Assembly (NCBI GenBank): GCA_016180645.1
Contig: JACPAV010000009.1
Coordinates: 1-64,000, forward strand
DNA from: Nitrospirota bacterium
GTDB taxonomy: Bacteria; JACPQY01
Length of the DNA: 64,000 nucleotides
Direction: 5' to 3'
Below are positions 1 to 10,096 of the stretch, piece by piece (the first letter of the stretch is position 1; each line of letters begins with the position of its first letter). The notes beneath the pieces are model-generated. The model was not told the origin of the DNA. It worked only from the letters and a program-made list of their open reading frames with translations, and did no database searches. The position numbers and the translations under genes are program-made.

Positions 1-14
1 GGAGCATCTTCAGA

Positions 15-95
15 TGCTCCCTCTTGTCGGGAGGGTCTGAAGACCCTCCCCTACTTGCTCCCTCTTGTCGGGAGGGTCTGAAGACCCTCCCCTAC
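15..95 (-). repeat. Tandem pair of 40-bp GTAG-type REP-like palindromes
   Basis: TGCTCCCTCTTGTCGGGAGGGTCTGAAGACCCTCCCCTAC at 15-54 and 56-95. The minus strand reads GTAG followed by the hairpin GGGAGGGTCT-TC-AGACCCTCCC; a further hairpin lies at 1-20. Confidence 0.8.
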
Positions 96-299
96 GCATG
101 ATGACCAACATAAGCCTTTCAAAGAATGGCAAAAGTCGAGCTAAGGACGACTTCAGCACCGAAAGAGCGCCTGAAGGCCATGGTCGATGCCGTACCCTCC
201 GTGGTACGGGGCCCGGCTACGCTGAGTTTTCCATCCATGCCGGACGCACCCTCAATCTGATCGAATTCCCCCCCCCGGTGTGTTAGAATTTCCCGCCCT

Positions 300-494
300 A
301 TGGCACTCCGGTGTCCGACCTGCAAAAAGGAGATCGTTTGGGAGGGGAACGTCAGCCGACCCTTCTGCTCCGACCACTGCCGGAACGTGGATCTCGGACG
401 ATGGCTCCATGAAGAGTACGCCGTTCGGCATGATCAAGATGCGGATGCCGAATCGGGATCGCGCCTCCCGGCCAACGATCCCCGAAAGTCCTGA
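300..494 (+). CDS. yacG: DNA gyrase inhibitor YacG
   Basis: CPTC...RPFCSDHCRNVDLGRWLHEEY matches the YacG zinc-finger signature. Confidence 0.92.
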   Translation: MALRCPTCKKEIVWEGNVSRPFCSDHCRNVDLGRWLHEEYAVRHDQDADAESGSRLPANDPRKS

Positions 495-497
495 TCC

Positions 498-3400
498 ATG
501 GTCCGCCGCATCATCATCCTTGTCGTCTCTTTGGCCATCGTCGCCGTCGCGCCGCTCCTCCTCGTCCGGACCCAATTCGCCCAGGAGTGGCTCAAGCGTC
601 GAATTCACTCCGCACTCGCCGATGCCGGCATCGACGGCACCATCGGAAGCCTCGAAGTAAAACCCCTGCCGCTCGAACTGAGGGTCCGGGATCTCTCCCT
701 GCAATTCACGGCGAAATCGTCCCTCGATGTGCGCCTCAAGATTCCGACCGCGCTCGCACGCCCCTCTCTCCTCGGACTGGCTCGCCGCGAACTGCGCCTG
801 GACGAACTGGAAATCGACTCCCCCCACGCGGAGGTCGTCCTCTCCAAGGGTTCCCCCTCAACCAAACCCGTCGGCGCCACGTCGAAACCGAAGTTGTCCG
901 TCGGTCGATTCGTCCTCACCCGCGGCGAGCTGTCCTTTCATCATGCAACCGAAGGGTATGGGGCGAGCCTTTCCGGCCTGAACCTCAAGTACGAAGAATC
1001 CCCATCCCAACACGTCGAATGGAGCGTCGATTCCGCGGCGATGAGCGCGCATGAATCCGTGCAAATAGGCTCCATGCGCGGACGGGGAAAGGCATCGATC
1101 GAGAAAGGTCGATACCGGATCGAAGACGTCGAGTGGGTCAGCGGGGAACAGACGCTGCATTTTTCCGGTGAGATGGTTCCGGACCAGGACGCCACGTTGG
1201 AGGCCCGAATCCGTTCCGACCTTTCCGAATGGGCTCGCTTTTATCCCCCCATCGCGGAGGTCGCCTTCGCAAAGGAGGGAGAACCCCTTCAAGGGCGCCT
1301 GGAAGCCGATCTGAAGTTGCGCCTCCCCAAGCTGGATGCCGGCGCCTTGATCGTGGATGCGGACATGCGGCTTGAGGAGTTCCGCTGGGGCCTGGCCCAC
1401 GTGCCCCGGGCCGAAGGCAAGTTCCAATGGGAAAAGGACTCCCTCACCCTGAACCCCCTCACACTCATCGCGCAAAATGGCGGGGCGCCGCCCGCGAAGG
1501 CCGTGATCAAGGGAACGGTCAAGCGCAAATCGGACGGAATGTTTGAGGCGGTGGCCGACATCGAGGGAGAGAATCTGACTTCGGCGCCGCTCCAGCGGTG
1601 GATCCCCTTGCTGACGGACATCCGGCGCCACGGACCGCTCACCGCGCACCTCGATCTCAGCGGGCCCCGCCCGAAAGCAGGCGAACCTTGGGAGTGGAAA
1701 GGTTCCGTCGAGGGGCGGATGCCCTTCGTCGATCTCGCGCGAAATGGCGAGGAGATCTCGCATTTGCGGGAAATTCGTCTCGGCTCGTCGGTCATTTTCA
1801 GCGAATCCGAAGTGCGGCTGCCTTCCGCCCACCTTCAAGCCGCGGGGCTGGACCTTCGCGGAAACGCCCACCTTGACAAAACGGCCGCCCGCGTGGAGTT
1901 CAGTTCAGTCGAGGCCGATCTCGCGAAGCTTTCTCCCATCATGGGCCTGCCGGTCACCGGCAAGGTCCAAGTGGGAGGCGTTCTGACGAAACAGGAGTCG
2001 GACGTGCGGTTCACCGGAGCCGTCCACGCCGGCGGCCTGACGGTGAACAAGCGGGAGTTCCAGTCGGTCGAGGGCGACGTGCGGCTGGAGGGCGGCAAAT
2101 GGACCGCCGAGCGCCTTGTGATCAAGATGCCGAAAACCACTCTCCAGGCCGTCGGCGAAATGGACGTTTTGGACACGCGTTTCCGTGCCACGCTCGACGT
2201 GCAGGATGGCGAATTCCGGGACGTGGCGATGCTTGCGGGAGTCAGCCCGGAAATGCTGGAAAAGTTCTCAGGCCGGAGCTACGGGCAGGTCGTCATTTCC
2301 GGCCAGTTCAAGCCGTCCGTTCGCATCGTGAGCAACGGCAAGATCATCGTGGAGGATCCGGTCATCGCCGGCGAGAGCTTCGAGGCCGCCGGGATCCAGT
2401 GGTCCAGTTCGCCCCATCCGACGGGAGAATCCGCGATGCCACCCCCCCCCACCCCGGCCGGGGCGGAGCGCGACCCGACCCGGGTGACGGATGCGGACAT
2501 CGACATGAAAGCCCAGGTACGGCACAAGGAAGGAACGATCGAGCTGAAAGGTCGGATTCAGCCGGACGGCAAAATGGACGGCGAGTGGATCGTCACCTCT
2601 TTCCCGATGGACCGCTTCTGGCCGCCCGAATACGCGGAGTACGAATTGCGGGGCCGGCTGGAAGGCCGTGGATCGTTCGGCGGGACCGTATTCGAACCGT
2701 ATTTCAGCGGCCAGTTCGAGACTCGGAATTTCATTCTGGACGGAGAGAACGTGGCCGACTCCGTTCTGTGGCTCGAACGGACGCCCGAGGGGGTCCGAAT
2801 CCTCGCCAGCCTCATGGGCGACGAAGTGAAACTGGACGGCTTCATCGATCCGAAGCGTGACAACGTCTTCAAGGCCCGGGTGGACCTCGCCAATTTCCGC
2901 GTCCAGCATCTCATCAACGTCTTCGGACCGATGACGGAATTCAAGGGCTACGTGGACGGCCACGTCGATCTCGCGGGACATCTCCTCCAAATGAACACTT
3001 GGACAGGTCGCGTGGATCTCCGCCACATTGAATTCGTCGATCATGGACTCCTAGGCACCGTCACCGCGCCCCTCGTTCTTAACCTCGAGAACGGGTTCGC
3101 CCACCTCGATCCCTACGTGATCGAAACCTCCGTCGGCCAGATCACCGCCCACGGCGAGATTCAGTTGCCCGACCGCGTGGATCTCGAAGCCTCCGGCCGC
3201 GTCGGGCTCAGCATCCTGGAATCCATCTTTCCCACGATCATCGCCCAGGCGGACGGCCTCGTCGAAATGCGCGCGAAGCTCCACGGCCCGCTCGATCTCA
3301 AAGGACTCCTCCTCGTGCTCGATGCGGACGTCACTCAGGGCCGGATCAGTTTTCGGGAATACCCGCACCCCGTCGAGGCCCTCCACGCAAAGGTGGAGAT

Positions 3401-4604
3401 CACCCAAAACGGATTCACGTTCGAACGCATGGAGGGACTCATGGGCGGCGGCCTCGTCAAGGGCCAGGGCCGCATCGATATGGACCACTTCTACCTGGGC
3501 GAGATGTATCTCTCCGCCTCCACTCGACGCGCCCAACTTCGTTTCCCCTCGTGGATTTCCTCGACGGCCGACTCGGACCTCGTTCTAGCCGGTCCCGTTC
3601 GCTCCCCGCTGCTCACCGGCGAGGTCAAGCTCCTCACCGCGCAAGTGGTGGAAAATCTGGACTGGAGACAGGAGCTGGTGGGCCTGGTGGACTTCCGGCG
3701 CCGCGGCTCCAGCGTGGAGACCATCGATCGGATCCCGGACCATGGCATCCGTCATGACGTCCATGTCTATGGCGGCATCAACGTGCGCAACAATATCGCC
3801 CGGGGCGACTTCCTCACGGACGTGCGCGTGGTCGGCATCAACCAGTACATCAACCTGTTCGGCGAGGTGAAGGGCACGCGGGGAACCTTCGATTTCAAGG
3901 GCCATGAATTCCGGGCCGACCGGGCGGTCGTCTTCTTCAACAATCCGGTCCGGATCGACCCTGAGGTGGAGCTGTACGGGAGCACCGTTGTGGAGGACGT
4001 GCCCCAGCGCTGCCTGTGCGAATTCAGCGGCGGCGTGGAGAATGTGGCCGACCAGGGCCGGGCCCAGGAGAAGGTGGACCTGAACGTCTCGTTCACGGCG
4101 CGCGGACGGCCGCTCTACGAGGAGGAGGGGGCCTTTCGCCTCCAGTTCTATGCGGATCGATGCGTAGCCGACAACGACCTCTACAGCCTGATCTATTTCA
4201 ACCAGTGCTTCGGAGACGCCTTCAAATCCGCCGGCGCCGCGAGTCTTGAAATTTACACCATCATTCTCAATCAGATTACTCGTGAGATCGCCCAGGGCCC
4301 CCTGCGTCAATTTCTGGGTCTGGAATCCATCGAATTCGACCCCGCCCAGTCACGATCGGGAGAGCAGTTCCTGTCGCTCGTGGTGACCAAACCGGTGGAT
4401 CGCGGTCGCGAGTTCTGTTCGCAGGATTTGAAGTGGCGCGGTGTCTTGAATGTGAAGGAGTACCAGAATGGAAGCCGGATCGAGCTCGACTGCCGGCTGT
4501 TCCCGAATCTCTCGGTCGACCTGTTCGGCCAGAGCTCGGGAGTGCAGGGGAACAAGCCATTCCAAGCGGGGGCAGAGATGAAAGTCCGCTTTGAGTTCTG
4601 GTAA
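498..4604 (+). CDS. tamB: Translocation/assembly module TamB (AsmA-like/DUF490) protein
   Basis: 1368 aa, N-terminal TM anchor, beta-rich repeats, C-terminal PLLTGEV...DPEVEL...RFEFW, adjacent to an Omp85 gene. Confidence 0.8.
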   Translation: MVRRIIILVVSLAIVAVAPLLLVRTQFAQEWLKRRIHSALADAGIDGTIGSLEVKPLPLELRVRDLSLQFTAKSSLDVRLKIPTALARPSLLGLARRELRLDELEIDSPHAEVVLSKGSPSTKPVGATSKPKLSVGRFVLTRGELSFHHATEGYGASLSGLNLKYEESPSQHVEWSVDSAAMSAHESVQIGSMRGRGKASIEKGRYRIEDVEWVSGEQTLHFSGEMVPDQDATLEARIRSDLSEWARFYPPIAEVAFAKEGEPLQGRLEADLKLRLPKLDAGALIVDADMRLEEFRWGLAHVPRAEGKFQWEKDSLTLNPLTLIAQNGGAPPAKAVIKGTVKRKSDGMFEAVADIEGENLTSAPLQRWIPLLTDIRRHGPLTAHLDLSGPRPKAGEPWEWKGSVEGRMPFVDLARNGEEISHLREIRLGSSVIFSESEVRLPSAHLQAAGLDLRGNAHLDKTAARVEFSSVEADLAKLSPIMGLPVTGKVQVGGVLTKQESDVRFTGAVHAGGLTVNKREFQSVEGDVRLEGGKWTAERLVIKMPKTTLQAVGEMDVLDTRFRATLDVQDGEFRDVAMLAGVSPEMLEKFSGRSYGQVVISGQFKPSVRIVSNGKIIVEDPVIAGESFEAAGIQWSSSPHPTGESAMPPPPTPAGAERDPTRVTDADIDMKAQVRHKEGTIELKGRIQPDGKMDGEWIVTSFPMDRFWPPEYAEYELRGRLEGRGSFGGTVFEPYFSGQFETRNFILDGENVADSVLWLERTPEGVRILASLMGDEVKLDGFIDPKRDNVFKARVDLANFRVQHLINVFGPMTEFKGYVDGHVDLAGHLLQMNTWTGRVDLRHIEFVDHGLLGTVTAPLVLNLENGFAHLDPYVIETSVGQITAHGEIQLPDRVDLEASGRVGLSILESIFPTIIAQADGLVEMRAKLHGPLDLKGLLLVLDADVTQGRISFREYPHPVEALHAKVEITQNGFTFERMEGLMGGGLVKGQGRIDMDHFYLGEMYLSASTRRAQLRFPSWISSTADSDLVLAGPVRSPLLTGEVKLLTAQVVENLDWRQELVGLVDFRRRGSSVETIDRIPDHGIRHDVHVYGGINVRNNIARGDFLTDVRVVGINQYINLFGEVKGTRGTFDFKGHEFRADRAVVFFNNPVRIDPEVELYGSTVVEDVPQRCLCEFSGGVENVADQGRAQEKVDLNVSFTARGRPLYEEEGAFRLQFYADRCVADNDLYSLIYFNQCFGDAFKSAGAASLEIYTIILNQITREIAQGPLRQFLGLESIEFDPAQSRSGEQFLSLVVTKPVDRGREFCSQDLKWRGVLNVKEYQNGSRIELDCRLFPNLSVDLFGQSSGVQGNKPFQAGAEMKVRFEFW

Positions 4605-7488
4605 GCCGCCCGGACCGGGAAGCGCGGCGCTCGTCCGCATCCTTTCGCTCCTCCTCCTGCTCCAAACCTCATCGGTTTTCGCCCAGCCCCTTTCGGAATT
4701 CGAGGTCGTGCCGGAGGATCCCCTCCTGCGCGCCCAGATTGAGACCGCCATCCGGGAGGAAGGACTCGATCAGGCAGACCCGGAGTCGCTGCAACGTCTG
4801 CAAAAACACCTCGAAGAGCGATTCCCCGACCTCCGCTTCACCTACATCGAACGAGTACCGGGCCCCCGGGGCGCCTTCATCCGGATCCACGCCGCCCGGT
4901 ACGACGTCATCATCGACATGGTTTTCCACGGGCACCGGGCGATCCGCTCCGGCGAACTTCAGTCGGCCCTGCGCCTGAAAAAGGGGGAACTGTTTTCGCC
5001 GGAGAAATTGGGAGGGGCCGAGGAGGCCCTCCGGCAGGTCTATGCCAGCTATGGGTTTTATCACGCGGAAATCAGCACCCGGACTGAAAAGACCCAGAAC
5101 GGAGTGATCGTCCACTTCGATATCGAGGAGAACCGACGGGCCGTCCTCAACAGCCTGACCTGCGAAGGTGAACTGCAACCGTACTCCCAGGCTTGGATCC
5201 GGGGAGCCAGCCGTCTCCGGCGCCGGGATCCTTATTCGGAAGATGCGGTCTACCGCGGGGTCCGAGAAATTCGCCGCGCCTATTTCCGGAAGAAGCGATT
5301 CGGCGCCACGGTGGAACCGCGGAAGGAGATCAACGAAGCGGGGGACGTCGACCTGACCCTGGTGATCCACTCCGGGAAGCCGTTCGAGTTGGTCTTTCAG
5401 GGCGATCCACGCTCGCGAGACCGGGACCTGCTCGGCTTCCTTCAGTTGGAAAAAATGGATCGATATGACGCCGGTACGCTCGAAGGGTGGGCCGCCTCCG
5501 TGAAGGACGGACTTCAGAAACGAGGGTACGCCTTCGCCAAAGTCACCCTCCGCGAACAAGACAGCCCGGAGGTGCGATATCTCGTTTTCCAGGTGGACAC
5601 CGGCGACAAAGTGGCCATCCGCTCCGTCCAGTTGGAAGGGAATGTCTCCTTCAAGTCACGGAGAATCACGCAGCTCCTCCAGACACGAAAGGCAAGCCGC
5701 TTCCCGCTCCTCGCCAAGGGCACGCTGGTCGAAAGCGACCTCAAGCGCGACCACCAACGCATCGTCGATTTCTACAAGGCACGGGGGTTTCTCGACGCCC
5801 GCGTCCTTCGCCACGTGGTCGAAAAGGATCTGCGCCAACCCTATCTGGATGTCACCTTCGTCCTGCAGGAAGGCCGCCAGGCCCGCGTGGGCAGGGTGGA
5901 GTTCGATGGCGTACCGGATCACCTTCAGTCGGGCGTCGCCCGGGAAATCCAGCTCAAGACAGAGGCGCCCTTCAACCCGGTGGAACTGAAAGAAGATGAA
6001 CTGAAGGTCCTCACGTTCATGACGGCCCACGGCTATCTGGATGCCATCGTGAACAGCTCCTTCGCCATCGAGGGAGAGCCCCCCCGGGCCAGGATCCGAA
6101 TGAGGGTCATGGCCGGAGAGCCCAGTTATGTCGGCCGCATCGTCCTCCAGAGGATCGGTGAGCATTCAAAGACACACGACCGGGTCGTGCTCCGCGAGAT
6201 CAAGCTGGCAACGGGGCAACTCGTCGATCAGCAGAAAGTGGCCGAAGGCCAGCTCCGGGTGTTCCGGCTGGGATTCTTCCGCGAAGTGCAGGTTCGCCCC
6301 TCTTCAATGGCTTACATGGACGCCGAAGGCCGCAGCCTGAGGGATATCGTGATCGCCATCGAAGAAAGGAAATCCAAGGAGATCGCTTTTGGCCCGGGCT
6401 ACGACACGGACAACGAATTCGGCGGTTTCGTGGAGGGAGGCCTCCGGAATCTTTTCGGAACGGGACGCGCATTGAGCGCGAGGGGGCAATTCACCCAGAA
6501 GGACCGCTTCTACCGCGCCACGTACAGCGAACCGTGGATTTTCGACTTCGATCTGACGCTTCGCTCAACGGCCTCGTACGAAAAAGACGTCGATACGGCC
6601 GGAGGGGGTCGCGTGGGATTCGACCGGTCGGAATACGCGTTGACCGTAGGTACGGAAAAGCGGTTCGACAACCTGACGGTCACCCTGCAGCAGCGCGTGG
6701 CCCGAACCTTCAGAACCGGCGAAAAGGTTCGTCAGGGTGAAGTGGACGACAAGACGCTCAAATCCTTCCTCACTCCGGGAATGATCTACGACCGGCGGGA
6801 CGACTTCTTCAACCCCCGAACCGGCTATCTCCTTTCGAGCACCGTGGATTTCGCCCCCATGTTCCTCGGATCAGAGGTCGAATTCATCCGGCCGACGGCG
6901 CGGGCCTCCCGCTACTTCAACCCGTGGGGGCAAATCGTGCTGGCTTCAGGGTTACGCGCCTCCACCCTCATCCCCCTCACGGGCCTCGGCACCGTTTCAA
7001 GAGAAGCAGACGAAGAACTCCTCCGCCTCGGGGGAAGAGACTCTCTCCGTGGATTCGGACAGAGCAAAGTGGGCATCCCTCATGTCGAACCTTCCGCGGA
7101 CGATGCCGATCTCGTTGAAACTCGAACTCTGGGCGGAAGCATCGCCGCGCACGCCAGCCAGGAATTCCGATTCCCCATTCCCACGATTCTGCCCTTCAAG
7201 ATGGGCGGCGTTTTGTTCGCCGACGCCGGGAATGTCTGGCGCACCCCAGGTCAAGGAGACGCGAACAACGGCTTCGAAGTGAGGACCGACGCGGGGTTCG
7301 CCCTCCGGATCATCACGCCGATCGGACCGATCTCCGGCTACGTGGCCTTCAATCTGCAGCCCAAGGAGTTGGTCGAAGTGAAAACGACGTCGGCCGCCGA
7401 ACAGGAGGCGGGCGCGGGTGCGTTCAAGCAGGTGGAGGGGATGGAAAGCCCGTTTCAGATCGGCTTCGCGATCGGGGAGTTCTTCTAG
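4591..7488 (+). CDS. Omp85 family (BamA/TamA-like) outer membrane protein with multiple POTRA domains
   Basis: Signal peptide, repeated POTRA motifs (YASYGFYHA, YKARGFLDA, HGYLDA), RNLFGTG, LGGRDSLRGF, FADAGNVW, terminal Phe. Confidence 0.88.
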   Translation: MSSGKPPGPGSAALVRILSLLLLLQTSSVFAQPLSEFEVVPEDPLLRAQIETAIREEGLDQADPESLQRLQKHLEERFPDLRFTYIERVPGPRGAFIRIHAARYDVIIDMVFHGHRAIRSGELQSALRLKKGELFSPEKLGGAEEALRQVYASYGFYHAEISTRTEKTQNGVIVHFDIEENRRAVLNSLTCEGELQPYSQAWIRGASRLRRRDPYSEDAVYRGVREIRRAYFRKKRFGATVEPRKEINEAGDVDLTLVIHSGKPFELVFQGDPRSRDRDLLGFLQLEKMDRYDAGTLEGWAASVKDGLQKRGYAFAKVTLREQDSPEVRYLVFQVDTGDKVAIRSVQLEGNVSFKSRRITQLLQTRKASRFPLLAKGTLVESDLKRDHQRIVDFYKARGFLDARVLRHVVEKDLRQPYLDVTFVLQEGRQARVGRVEFDGVPDHLQSGVAREIQLKTEAPFNPVELKEDELKVLTFMTAHGYLDAIVNSSFAIEGEPPRARIRMRVMAGEPSYVGRIVLQRIGEHSKTHDRVVLREIKLATGQLVDQQKVAEGQLRVFRLGFFREVQVRPSSMAYMDAEGRSLRDIVIAIEERKSKEIAFGPGYDTDNEFGGFVEGGLRNLFGTGRALSARGQFTQKDRFYRATYSEPWIFDFDLTLRSTASYEKDVDTAGGGRVGFDRSEYALTVGTEKRFDNLTVTLQQRVARTFRTGEKVRQGEVDDKTLKSFLTPGMIYDRRDDFFNPRTGYLLSSTVDFAPMFLGSEVEFIRPTARASRYFNPWGQIVLASGLRASTLIPLTGLGTVSREADEELLRLGGRDSLRGFGQSKVGIPHVEPSADDADLVETRTLGGSIAAHASQEFRFPIPTILPFKMGGVLFADAGNVWRTPGQGDANNGFEVRTDAGFALRIITPIGPISGYVAFNLQPKELVEVKTTSAAEQEAGAGAFKQVEGMESPFQIGFAIGEFF

Positions 7489-7584
7489 GGCAGTCCCTCT
7501 ACGTCCCCTTCCCCCTCCTCACAAAGAAGGGGGATCTTCGTCCTCCCCTTTGTATGGGGAAGAGCGGTGGGGTAGACAGTTGGT

Positions 7585-7995
7585 CTACGCGGCCTGGTGG
7601 AAAAGGAGCCCGGCGATCTTCTGGATCTGCTCGTGCATCTTGAGGATCTGATCCTGCGGAATCTGCCGTTCAACCTTTCCGCTTTCCGGATCCCGGATCT
7701 GCACGACCAACGCGCCCGTATCCCGGTCGACGGAGAATCTCACGTCGCGACCCACCAACCCCAGCGTGCGCCGGGCGTCGTTGAGGGCGGCGTCGTCCTC
7801 TTCCCCCTTCTCGACCGGCTCAATATTCGGTCGCTGATCCTGCGCCAACTCGCCGTGAGACCCGCTCTCCCCCATATTGGACTGGACCGCCTGTGCCGGA
7901 TCCAATGCAACCGTGTCGCCCCCCAAGTTGACGGCGGGCCGCGGCTGAATGGCCGGTCCGATCGCGGCTTTTGCTGCTTCGATTCTTTGTGCCAT
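7585..7995 (-). CDS. flaG: Flagellar protein FlaG family
   Basis: C-terminus VRFSVDRDTGALVVQIRDPESGKVERQIP...GLLFHQAA is FlaG-like. Start placed at ATG 7995, behind a GGAGG. Confidence 0.8.
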   Translation of the reverse strand: MAQRIEAAKAAIGPAIQPRPAVNLGGDTVALDPAQAVQSNMGESGSHGELAQDQRPNIEPVEKGEEDDAALNDARRTLGLVGRDVRFSVDRDTGALVVQIRDPESGKVERQIPQDQILKMHEQIQKIAGLLFHQAA

Positions 7996-8312
7996 CTTCA
8001 TCCCTCCTTGGATGTCTGGTTCTCCAAATAGAGTCATCGACACCTTCCTCCAGATCTTTAATCCGCCTGGCCACGCCAGATCCGGCCCGTTCCGGGCCGC
8101 ATCCTCTCGTGGTCCCATGCCGTTCCACGCATGGGGAGACGGACTTCTCGGGTCCCCACTGTCGATGCCCGCGACGCGAAGCCCCTATGGCAAATCCTCT
8201 CGTCGTCCCGGTGCCAATCCCCATGCCCTTCCGATCACCGTCCCCGGAGGGGGTCGAAGCGGAGAGAAGAGGGCGGCTTCCGTCGTCTCACACGCCGCGG
8301 GTCCACTATCAT

Positions 8313-8340
8313 TCATCGGCCGAACAAAGAGCTTACTTTA
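8313..8340 (-). promoter_or_regulatory. Sigma-28 (FliA/SigD)-type promoter upstream of flaG
   Basis: Minus strand TAAA-N16-GCCGATGA, oriented toward a flagellar gene. Confidence 0.7.
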
Positions 8341-8390
8341 GGTTCGTATCGCATTGACTTCGCTCGAAAAATCAAAGATAAGGGGGCGCG

Positions 8391-8786
8391 ATGCCGGGCA
8401 AACCTCAGGAGTCGATCGAAGTTTTCCCCAACGCCCATCCGGATCGGGACTATGTCGTCCGGATGGACTGCCCCGAATTCACCAGCCTCTGCCCCAAAAC
8501 CGGCCAACCGGATTTCGGACGGCTGATCATCGAATACGTGCCGGACCGCCGGTGCATCGAGTTGAAGTCGCTCAAGCTCTACCTCTGGTCCTTCCGCAAC
8601 AAGGGGATCTTCTATGAAGACGCGGTCAACCGGATTCTCAAGCATCTCACGGTTTTGAGCCGGCCCCGCTGGATGCGAGTGACCGGTCGTTTCAATGTTC
8701 GCGGCGGAATCGGCACGGACGTGACCGCTACGCAAGCCCGGAAGGGATTCGACGTGGACCGTCTTGTTCGCGCAGGAACCCTGTGA
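8391..8786 (+). CDS. queF: preQ1 synthase (7-cyano-7-deazaguanine reductase)
   Basis: [31 protein letters not shown]. Confidence 0.95.
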   Translation: MPGKPQESIEVFPNAHPDRDYVVRMDCPEFTSLCPKTGQPDFGRLIIEYVPDRRCIELKSLKLYLWSFRNKGIFYEDAVNRILKHLTVLSRPRWMRVTGRFNVRGGIGTDVTATQARKGFDVDRLVRAGTL

Positions 8787-8810
8787 TAGTTTCCGAGAGG
8801 AGTTGACCCC

Positions 8811-9464
8811 ATGCGGATCATCGGCGGCGAAAAGGGAGGATTGACCCTGAGTCACCCAGGGCGGCGCGTGCGCGTGACCCTGGACAGTGTCCGCGAGACT
8901 CTTTTCAATATCCTCGGCGCATCCGTGGAGGGCGCTGCCGTTCTGGACCTTTTCGCCGGCAGCGGAAGTCTGGGGATCGAAGCACTGAGCCGGGGCGCCG
9001 CCCACTGCACCTTCGTCGAGAGGGATCGTTCGCTCACGCGCCTGCTCGCCGGAAATCTCGCCAGGCTCGGGCTGGAAAGTCGCGCACGAGTGATCACAGC
9101 CGACCTACGCCGCGTCCGCACGCCGGCCTGGCTCAAAGACCGCCCCTACGACGCGGTCTTCATGGATCCTCCCTACGAACGCGGGCTCACGGACATCTGC
9201 ATGGACCTCCTGGCGCGGATCCAGTTCGGAGAGGAGCCTTGGGTCGTCTTGGAAAGCGGCTCGCGCGAAGAAGTGGTCCTACCCGAGGGCTGGGTCCTCG
9301 CACGCGACAAGAAATTCGGCCAGACCCGAGTGCGTTTTCTCGCTCCTGTCCCGGCCCAGGTTCGATCCGCCCTCACCACGGCCCTGAAGGCGGCGGCGGA
9401 TTGGCCGGAGTGTGACACCGATGGCCGTCTGTGGAGCAACCCGGAAGGGACGACCCGTGCGTAG
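8811..9464 (+). CDS. rsmD: 16S rRNA (guanine966-N2)-methyltransferase
   Basis: MRIIGG, VRETLFNIL, LDLFAGSGSLGIEALSRGA, DPPY. Confidence 0.92.
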   Translation: MRIIGGEKGGLTLSHPGRRVRVTLDSVRETLFNILGASVEGAAVLDLFAGSGSLGIEALSRGAAHCTFVERDRSLTRLLAGNLARLGLESRARVITADLRRVRTPAWLKDRPYDAVFMDPPYERGLTDICMDLLARIQFGEEPWVVLESGSREEVVLPEGWVLARDKKFGQTRVRFLAPVPAQVRSALTTALKAAADWPECDTDGRLWSNPEGTTRA

Positions 9465-10032
9465 AAGTCTGCGACAGGACAGTCGCGGTGCCGCGGGCGG
9501 CAGGAGGACCAACTCCCCGGAGGGGAGCCGCCGAAGGCGGGGCGGCCTCGCCGTCTACCCGGGATCCTTCGATCCCATGACGCTGGGCCATGTCGACATC
9601 GTCCGTCGCGGCCTGAAAATCTTCGACCGCCTGATTATCGCCGTGGCGCGCAACGTGCGGAAGGAGCCTCTCTTCACCGCTCCCGAACGAATGAAAATGA
9701 TCCGTCAGGTCTTCTCGGGCGAATCGAGAATCCGGGTCGAATCCTTCGACGGCCTCCTGGTGGATTTCTGCCGGGCGCGGGGAGCGCGGGTCATCATCCG
9801 TGGGCTCCGAGCCGTATCCGATTTCGAATACGAATTCCAGATGGCGCTCACCAACCGGAAAATGGAAGCCCAGGTCGAAACGTTTTTCATGATGGCCAAC
9901 GAATCCTATTCCCACCTGAGCTCCATGCTCGTGAAGGAAATCGCCGGGTTGGGCGGCTCCGTGGAAAAAATGGTGCCGCCCATCGTTCATCGGATGCTCA
10001 AGGCCAGATTGAAAAAAGGAGGGAAGCGATGA
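9457..10032 (+). CDS. coaD: Phosphopantetheine adenylyltransferase
   Basis: YPGSFDPMTLGH, RGLRAVSDFEYEFQMA, SSMLVKE. Start uncertain (GTG 9457 used). Confidence 0.95.
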   Translation: MRRSLRQDSRGAAGGRRTNSPEGSRRRRGGLAVYPGSFDPMTLGHVDIVRRGLKIFDRLIIAVARNVRKEPLFTAPERMKMIRQVFSGESRIRVESFDGLLVDFCRARGARVIIRGLRAVSDFEYEFQMALTNRKMEAQVETFFMMANESYSHLSSMLVKEIAGLGGSVEKMVPPIVHRMLKARLKKGGKR

Positions 10033-10053
10033 TTCCCCGCTTTCTTTTGTTTG

Positions 10054-10083
10054 ATCTGAAATCTGAAATCTCAAATCTCAAAT
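10054..10083. repeat. Heptamer tandem repeat ATCT(G/C)AA
   Basis: atctgaa atctgaa atctcaa atctcaa; a related array lies at 15531-15561. Confidence 0.7.
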
Positions 10084-10096
10084 GGGGAGAATGCCG

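Noticed and set aside
15-95. CRISPR array
   Set aside because: Only two adjacent copies with no spacer and no cas genes; it fits a REP-like hairpin.
8160-8210. c-di-GMP-I riboswitch near flaG
   Set aside because: The GGCAAA/GACGCGAAGC-like words are on the wrong strand and in the wrong order.
8338-8390. preQ1 riboswitch before queF
   Set aside because: GGTTCG is present, but I could not find the P1 stem or the A-rich tail.
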